A stretch of 64,000 nt of DNA, taken from the NCBI GenBank assembly GCA_947573605.1, contig CANPGM010000016.1:2205-66204 (forward strand), given 5' to 3'. The position numbers and the translations under genes were made by a program. Origin of the DNA: an uncultured Roseburia sp. (GTDB lineage: Bacteria; Bacillota; Clostridia; Lachnospirales; Lachnospiraceae). A model generated the notes under the pieces. That model ran no database searches and had not been told where the DNA came from. It saw nothing but the letters and a program-made list of their open reading frames with translations. The first letter of the stretch is position 1, and the number at the start of each line of letters is the position of its first letter. Below, piece by piece: positions 58,279 to 64,000 of this stretch.

Positions 58279-59085
58279 CTAATTTCCGGCGCTTTCATAG
58301 ACATGCGTTCCCCGCTCAAATACAAAGTATGCAATGCAACAGAATACGGCCGCTATCCCACATTCCATTCCGATGACGACGGGAGAGCCGCCCGCTTTTA
58401 AAAAGAAAGAAGCAGGAAGATAGGCTACAAACGCAAACGGAATCACCCACGTAATCATAAAACGAATTCCCTTCGCATAGATTTCAGTCGGATATTTTGC
58501 AAAATTCGCCGTCTCGTACGCCACCTGCAGAAACGGACCGCTGACCTTTAACCAGAATGCCAGCGCGGCAAAAAACGTTTTTATCGAAGTATAAATCAGA
58601 GCTCCTGCCAATATTGAAACGAAAAACAAAACCGTATGCAGCGCGTCTGTGATCACAATCCCCTTTATCATGGAACGGGTAACAAGAAGAATTCCCACAA
58701 GAAGTTCTCCAAGCGCATCCGGCTGAAGCTTCTCTGAAATAATCTGAAACAGAATATTCATCGGACGCAGCATATAGCGGTCGAACTCCCCGTTCACAAC
58801 AAAGCGCCACGCCACCATCCAGATATTATCCGTAAAAAGATGGTCGATTCCTCTTGGAATCTGCGCGAACCCGTAGATAAAAATCAACTGGTCCAACGTC
58901 CATCCCTGCAGGGACGGAATCTGTTCAAATACCAGATAAAGAAAGGCAATTCCCAAAATCTGAGAAAAGAAAAATCCAAACAGTCCCATAAAAAAATCAA
59001 CCCTTGACTGCAGAATTATTTTAAAAAACTGTGAAATTATTACACGGTAAAGGCGCAGATATCGCCTGCATTTCATTCTCATCAT
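58279..59085 (-). CDS. ABC-2 type exporter permease
   Basis: GEFDRYMLRP, FAKYPTEIY, PFAFVAYLPA; six TM. Confidence 0.88.
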   Translation of the reverse strand: MMRMKCRRYLRLYRVIISQFFKIILQSRVDFFMGLFGFFFSQILGIAFLYLVFEQIPSLQGWTLDQLIFIYGFAQIPRGIDHLFTDNIWMVAWRFVVNGEFDRYMLRPMNILFQIISEKLQPDALGELLVGILLVTRSMIKGIVITDALHTVLFFVSILAGALIYTSIKTFFAALAFWLKVSGPFLQVAYETANFAKYPTEIYAKGIRFMITWVIPFAFVAYLPASFFLKAGGSPVVIGMECGIAAVFCCIAYFVFERGTHVYESAGN

Positions 59086-59137
59086 TCATTCCTCATCATC
59101 CATTCTTCAGAATCAAAACTTCAGGACAGTCTGCAAA

Positions 59138-59956
59138 TCAGCCTCCCAATATTACCAAACGTTTTGTAACCTTTCTCCAGATAAGACTGCCGAACAGATA
59201 CAAGAGTACAACCCACGCCGCCTGGCGAAGCAGCATAAAGAAAAGCTTGTTTCCGGTATATTTTCCGAGGTAAATCATAACCGGCGTATATACCATAGAA
59301 GAAAACGGCAGAAAATCAAACACTCGCTGTACTGCTTCCGGAAAAAAGCTGATTGGAATGAGCTGCCCCGTTAAAAATGCGATCAAAGCCTGTTTTACCA
59401 TCATAAGTCCGAAAATATACGTCGTAAAAAATGCAATCATTCCGAAGCAGAAGTCAAACAATACATAAATCAAAAAGCTTAACACCGTACTGACCAAATA
59501 AAACAAAACTTTCTCTGCCGAAAAAGGAGGAAGCCCCGGTACCGCAGCTCTGTAGATCTCAAGACCGATCCAGATAAACACCGAGGGAACCAGAAACTGA
59601 TAGATCATATCGCCAGATGCCCTTGAAATCAAACTCATACGATAATCAATCGGTTTGATCAGATTCATTGCAACCGTTCCCTGAACAACGTCTTCGCTAA
59701 CCCAGTTCGAGACCGAAACCGTTACGATGGTTCCTGTAAGATACGCCATAAAAATATAGATTACCATTTCCCCCTGCGTCAGTCCGCCCAGCGTATTTTG
59801 GTTCGTGCTGCCATAGATAGCCATCCAGAGATAATAATTGATAAAAGCGCCGAACATCTTAACCAGTATAAACAGATAAAACGCTCCCTTATATGCCATC
59901 TGCCGCTTCAGCTCATTTATCGTAAACGGCAGATAAGCCTTTATTCTTCTTTTCAT
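59138..59956 (-). CDS. ABC-2 type exporter permease
   Basis: GTVAMNLIKP, GQLIPISFFP, LPFSSMVYTP. Confidence 0.88.
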   Translation of the reverse strand: MKRRIKAYLPFTINELKRQMAYKGAFYLFILVKMFGAFINYYLWMAIYGSTNQNTLGGLTQGEMVIYIFMAYLTGTIVTVSVSNWVSEDVVQGTVAMNLIKPIDYRMSLISRASGDMIYQFLVPSVFIWIGLEIYRAAVPGLPPFSAEKVLFYLVSTVLSFLIYVLFDFCFGMIAFFTTYIFGLMMVKQALIAFLTGQLIPISFFPEAVQRVFDFLPFSSMVYTPVMIYLGKYTGNKLFFMLLRQAAWVVLLYLFGSLIWRKVTKRLVILGG

Positions 59957-60972
59957 TCTCCCTCCGTTCCGTGCCGGTAAATCTCCTTCACAATTTCGGC
60001 AAGTTCCGTCTCTTTGAGCTGTATATCCGTAATCTCGATTTCATTCATAACTGTCGAAAGAATCTGCGGCGCCTGCAATTTATGCCCGTCAAAAGTAATT
60101 TTCAGCAGACTGTTTTCGAAATCCAACTCCGTTATACATTCCTCCTCCCTTACTCCCAGTATCTCGGCCGGAGAAAAGCCGGACGCCTTTTGGATCTGCT
60201 TCACTTCAAGAGATAGCGTCCGTTTTGTTCCGTAAGTATCTTTCAGCGCTTCTAAAGAACCGTCATAAATCTTTTTTCCCTCATCAATAATAATGATTCT
60301 GCTGCAAAGTTCTTCAATATCTCCGATATCATGTGTGGTCAATACAACTGTAGTTTTATATTTTTCATTTATTTCCCTGATTGCTCTTCGGATATTATCT
60401 TTCACAACCAAATCAAGACCAATCGTCGGCTCATCCAGATAAAGTACCTTCGGGTTATGTAACAGCGCCGCTCCGAGATCCGCGCGCATACGCTGCCCTA
60501 AGGAAAGCGTTCGAACAGGCTTATCGAAAAAGGCGGAAAGCTCCAGAACCTGATTTAGAAATTCCATCTGCTCCCGATAAGCCTGATCCGATACATTATA
60601 AATTTCTTTTAATATTGTAAATGATTCGCTTAGCGGCAGATCCCACCAAAGCTGTGTCCGCTGCCCGAAGACAACGCCGATATTCTGTGCGTTTTCCTTC
60701 CTCCTTCGGTTTGGATCGATGCCTGCTACAAAACAGGTTCCGTCAGACGGAGATAAAATTCCCGTCATGATTTTAATCGTCGTGGATTTACCCGCGCCGT
60801 TACTTCCTATATAACCGACAATTTCCCCCTGTCCAATCTGAAACGATATATCGTCAACTGCTCTTTTTACTGTCTTTTCATTGGAAAACAATCCTTTGAT
60901 TGCTCCGCGCAGTCCCGGATACTTTTTTGGCATTACAAAGTCCTTTGTAACATGGCTAACCTCAATCATCAC
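59953..60972 (-). CDS. ABC exporter ATP-binding protein
   Basis: GSNGAGKST, LSLGQRMR, YLDEPTIGLD, LTTHD. Confidence 0.95.
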   Translation of the reverse strand: MMIEVSHVTKDFVMPKKYPGLRGAIKGLFSNEKTVKRAVDDISFQIGQGEIVGYIGSNGAGKSTTIKIMTGILSPSDGTCFVAGIDPNRRRKENAQNIGVVFGQRTQLWWDLPLSESFTILKEIYNVSDQAYREQMEFLNQVLELSAFFDKPVRTLSLGQRMRADLGAALLHNPKVLYLDEPTIGLDLVVKDNIRRAIREINEKYKTTVVLTTHDIGDIEELCSRIIIIDEGKKIYDGSLEALKDTYGTKRTLSLEVKQIQKASGFSPAEILGVREEECITELDFENSLLKITFDGHKLQAPQILSTVMNEIEITDIQLKETELAEIVKEIYRHGTEGE

Positions 60973-61166
60973 AAAACCGCTCCTTCCCCCGTCGTTGCTG
61001 CCGCACCTGCCTGTACCGTTTCCGAAACAGCTATTATATCCTTATTATAAACATTGGTTTGCTCATGTCAAACAAAAAAAGAGAGAATGCGTCTTAAAAA
61101 CTCGATTGAAAAAATCTGCAAAAAATGCTATTATAATAGAAATTTTTTACTGTTATGGAGAATGCT

Positions 61167-62408
61167 ATGAAAAGAAAAAACAGCCTTTGCCTGGCGGCCC
61201 TTCTGCTGACCGTATCATTGACCGGATGTCAGAAACAGGAATTACAGCCTTCGGAAAAAGAACCGCTTCCCGATTCGGAAACAGTCAGTCTGACTGTCTG
61301 GGGCGGAGAGGAAGACGAAGAACTGCTGCTGCAGATTATCGAATCATTTAAGGAGGAATACAGCGGTCAGGCGGATTTTCTTATTACTTATGAACCGCAG
61401 AGTGAAAGCACCTGTATGGATGCGCTTATGGCCGATCTTGAACATGGCGCGGACGTATTTGCATTTGCAGACGATCAGCTCAATACGCTGGTTGCCGCCG
61501 GAGCGTTAGATCCGGTATCGCGTGCAGACGATATAAAAAACTCGAATCTGCCGGAATCCGTTCTTGCCGCATCGGTAAACGATACGCTGTACGCCATGCC
61601 ACTCACCGCAGATAACGGATATTTTCTCTATTACAATAAGCAATATTTTTCTGAAGAAGACATTGCCTCTTTCGATCGAATGCTTACCATCGCCGCGGAA
61701 CACGACAAAAAAGTATCGATGGAATGGTCTTCCGGATGGTATGTGTATTCCCTGTTCGGCAACACCGGTCTGACTGTCGGTTTAAATGACGACGGCATCA
61801 CCAACTACTGCACCTGGAACAGCGCGGAAGGAACCATTAAGGGTATTGATGTGGCAGAGGCTATGACGAATATCGCAGCACATCCGGGTTTTATCAGCAC
61901 GGATGACGCAGGATTTGTCGAAGGCGTCAAAAACGATACTATCATTGCCGGTGTCAACGGCGTATGGAATGCGGTCGCTTTGGAAGAAGTCTGGGGCGAT
62001 GATTTCGGCGCGGCAAAGCTGCCCTCTTACGTCTGCGCCGGACAAGAGGTTCAAATGGCCTCTTTTTCCGGTTATAAACTGATTGGGGTAAACGCCTACT
62101 CGCAGCATAAGGAATGGGCTGAAAAACTGGCCGAGTGGATCGCAAACGAAGACAATCAAAAACTTCGATTTCTGATGCGCGGACAGGGACCGTCCAATAT
62201 CAATGCCGCAGCATCCGAAGAAGTGAAAAAGGCGCCTGCCATTTCTGCGTTGTTAGAACAGTCGGAGTATTCCTGCCTGCAGCGCATCGGCGGAAATTAC
62301 TGGGAACCTGTCACCCAATTTACCGCTGAAATTCTGGCCGGAAACCCTTCCGGTATCAGTCTTCAGGAACAGCTTGATACGATGGTTGAAGGGATTACCG
62401 CCCCGTAA
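61167..62408 (+). CDS. Extracellular solute-binding lipoprotein (MalE-like)
   Basis: Lipobox LTGC, ADVFAFADDQ, YAMPLTADNGY.LYYNK, GAAKLP. Confidence 0.9.
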   Translation: MKRKNSLCLAALLLTVSLTGCQKQELQPSEKEPLPDSETVSLTVWGGEEDEELLLQIIESFKEEYSGQADFLITYEPQSESTCMDALMADLEHGADVFAFADDQLNTLVAAGALDPVSRADDIKNSNLPESVLAASVNDTLYAMPLTADNGYFLYYNKQYFSEEDIASFDRMLTIAAEHDKKVSMEWSSGWYVYSLFGNTGLTVGLNDDGITNYCTWNSAEGTIKGIDVAEAMTNIAAHPGFISTDDAGFVEGVKNDTIIAGVNGVWNAVALEEVWGDDFGAAKLPSYVCAGQEVQMASFSGYKLIGVNAYSQHKEWAEKLAEWIANEDNQKLRFLMRGQGPSNINAAASEEVKKAPAISALLEQSEYSCLQRIGGNYWEPVTQFTAEILAGNPSGISLQEQLDTMVEGITAP

Positions 62409-62449
62409 AGATGAAAACATTCTATACCGGATTTAAAGGAGTACCCGTT

Positions 62450-64000
62450 ATGATGAAGAAAATCAGTTTAAAACATCGATTGATCATACCTATCGCTCTT
62501 TTGGGTATTGTGGCGCTTTTATCGAATATCCTTTCCATAGTAAATATTCGAAATGTAAACGCAAGCGCCTCTAATATTGCCGATAATTATATGGACGGCA
62601 AAAGCCGGCTGGCAGAAATCAGCCACTCTTCTCTGAACATACATAATATGGCGTTAAGTCATATCGTTGCAACAGATTACAATACCATGATTGACCTTGT
62701 ACAGAAAATCAAACAGGAAGAGGCGCTTTTGGATGATATGCTTACAGAATATCAATCATTTTTAACGCCTTCGGATCAGGAACAGTACGACTTACTTCTG
62801 TCTGATTATGCCGGCTTTAAACACGCGCTTGTATTTCTGGTCTGCGCAAGCGCCAGCCATAAAACCCAGGACGCCTATGCTTTAGCAAACGGCGATGTTG
62901 CTAATTATATCAGTGCAATGGAGAACGACATCGATTCTTTAAATACCTCCATTCATACGCAGACTTCAGAAGCAAGGACGCAGCTTTCCGCCGTTTATCT
63001 TGTCTCTCTTGCAGTCGCTGCGGCTGCAATAATCGCCTGTATGATACTTATTTTTGCAGATATTAAACTCATTATCAGCTATGTAGTAATTCCTGTGAAA
63101 AGTATGTTGAAAACGATTCAGGAAAGTTCCGAACGCATCAATCACATGACCGGCGAAGTACTTAAAAGAACCCGCGCCTCAAAAGGAAACGCGGCGGATC
63201 TCTCCTCTTTTGCCGAGCAAATGTCGGCAGCCTTTCAGGAGGTAGCAGGCAACATATCATCCATCAACGGCAATACGGAAAGTGTCGCGCAAGACGTTCA
63301 TAATATCGCGGAAGAATGCGGCGCTATTACGGAATATACCGTACAAATGAATGCCCGTGCAGACGCTATGCAGCAGTCCGCAATGAGCAGCGTAGAGATC
63401 ACCAGCGCCAAAGCGGAAGAAATTCTATGTTCGCTTAACGAGGCAATTGAAAAAAGCAAAAGCGTGGATCAAATTAAGACGCTTACCGGCGAAATTCTGG
63501 CCATCTCCCAGCAGACCCGGTTAATTTCTCTGAACGCCTCCGTAGAGGCAGCCAATGCCGGAGACGCAGGAAACGGCTTTGCGATTGTTGCCAGTGAAGT
63601 ACGTGATCTCGCCAATTCCAGCCAGGAAACCGCAAACCGTATACAGGAAATCAATGACGTAGTTACTACAGCCGTATATAATCTGTCCGAAAATGCCCGT
63701 CAATTGATCGAATATATGAATCAGTCTGTTCTTACGGAATTTCAGGCGTTTGTACAATCCGGCAGCCAGTATAAAGAAGACGCCGCTTACATCCGTCATG
63801 TTATGGATGAATTTTATGACCAGACGGAACATTTGAAAAATGCAATGTCCGGGATTGCCGAATCTATTAGTACCATTACGAAAGCGGTTGACGAAAGCGC
63901 TAACGGTATCGCCGGTGTCGCCGGCAATACCAAAGATCTCGCCGATGATATGGAAGATATCACACAGCGCATGGGCTCCAACCAGGAAATTGTACAAGGT
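62450..64000 (+). CDS. Methyl-accepting chemotaxis protein (runs off the window end; absent from ORF track)
   Basis: Open frame from ATG 62450 (AAGGAG RBS): TM, 4-helix sensor, TM, QTRLISLNASVEAANAGDAGNGFAIVASEVR. Confidence 0.9.
   Translation, partial: MMKKISLKHRLIIPIALLGIVALLSNILSIVNIRNVNASASNIADNYMDGKSRLAEISHSSLNIHNMALSHIVATDYNTMIDLVQKIKQEEALLDDMLTEYQSFLTPSDQEQYDLLLSDYAGFKHALVFLVCASASHKTQDAYALANGDVANYISAMENDIDSLNTSIHTQTSEARTQLSAVYLVSLAVAAAAIIACMILIFADIKLIISYVVIPVKSMLKTIQESSERINHMTGEVLKRTRASKGNAADLSSFAEQMSAAFQEVAGNISSINGNTESVAQDVHNIAEECGAITEYTVQMNARADAMQQSAMSSVEITSAKAEEILCSLNEAIEKSKSVDQIKTLTGEILAISQQTRLISLNASVEAANAGDAGNGFAIVASEVRDLANSSQETANRIQEINDVVTTAVYNLSENARQLIEYMNQSVLTEFQAFVQSGSQYKEDAAYIRHVMDEFYDQTEHLKNAMSGIAESISTITKAVDESANGIAGVAGNTKDLADDMEDITQRMGSNQEIVQG

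Noticed and set aside
1-64000. Prophage, ICE or IS element; rRNA or tRNA genes
   Set aside because: No integrase, transposase, relaxase or structural genes, and no recognisable RNA gene sequences were seen.

Overview
Chromosomal segment of a motile, spore-forming Firmicute (Lachnospiraceae-like, inferred from gene content and protein style), with most genes on the minus strand. I saw no rRNA, tRNA, CRISPR array, integrase or transposase. In order, it contains: a class-M sirtuin/Zn-macrodomain ADP-ribosylation pair under an HxlR regulator; a cotJABC operon whose cotJC is broken at about 2980; a stand-alone HHxxxDG acyltransferase; a TlpA/CxxC-peptide/4Fe-4S redox module; an uncharacterised four-gene operon (1185-aa Ig/TPR scaffold, degenerate Hsp70-fold protein, TPR protein, 2-TM coiled coil) with a membrane J-domain gene nearby; a PLP aminotransferase; metal homeostasis loci (csoR-copA, HMA-ArsR, ZIP, feoAAB plus a Cys-rich peptide, DtxR-family regulator) with visible operators; an IbrA/IbrB-type PAPS-reductase/ParB pair coupled to a chemoreceptor; two ECF sigma loci; a PPi-type PFK; a decayed AT-rich gene; a XylA-II/XylB/LacI pentose locus; four c-di-GMP enzymes; four chemoreceptors; an ABC-2 exporter; and a small family of REP-like hairpin repeats. 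The best candidates for an undescribed system are the 7.8-14.6 kb operon (with the J-domain gene), the ibrAB-like operon, and the ECF sigma coupled to a soluble repeat-domain protein. All family assignments come from motif recognition, not database searches. Start codons were adjusted from the ORF track where an RBS or family N-terminus supported it.
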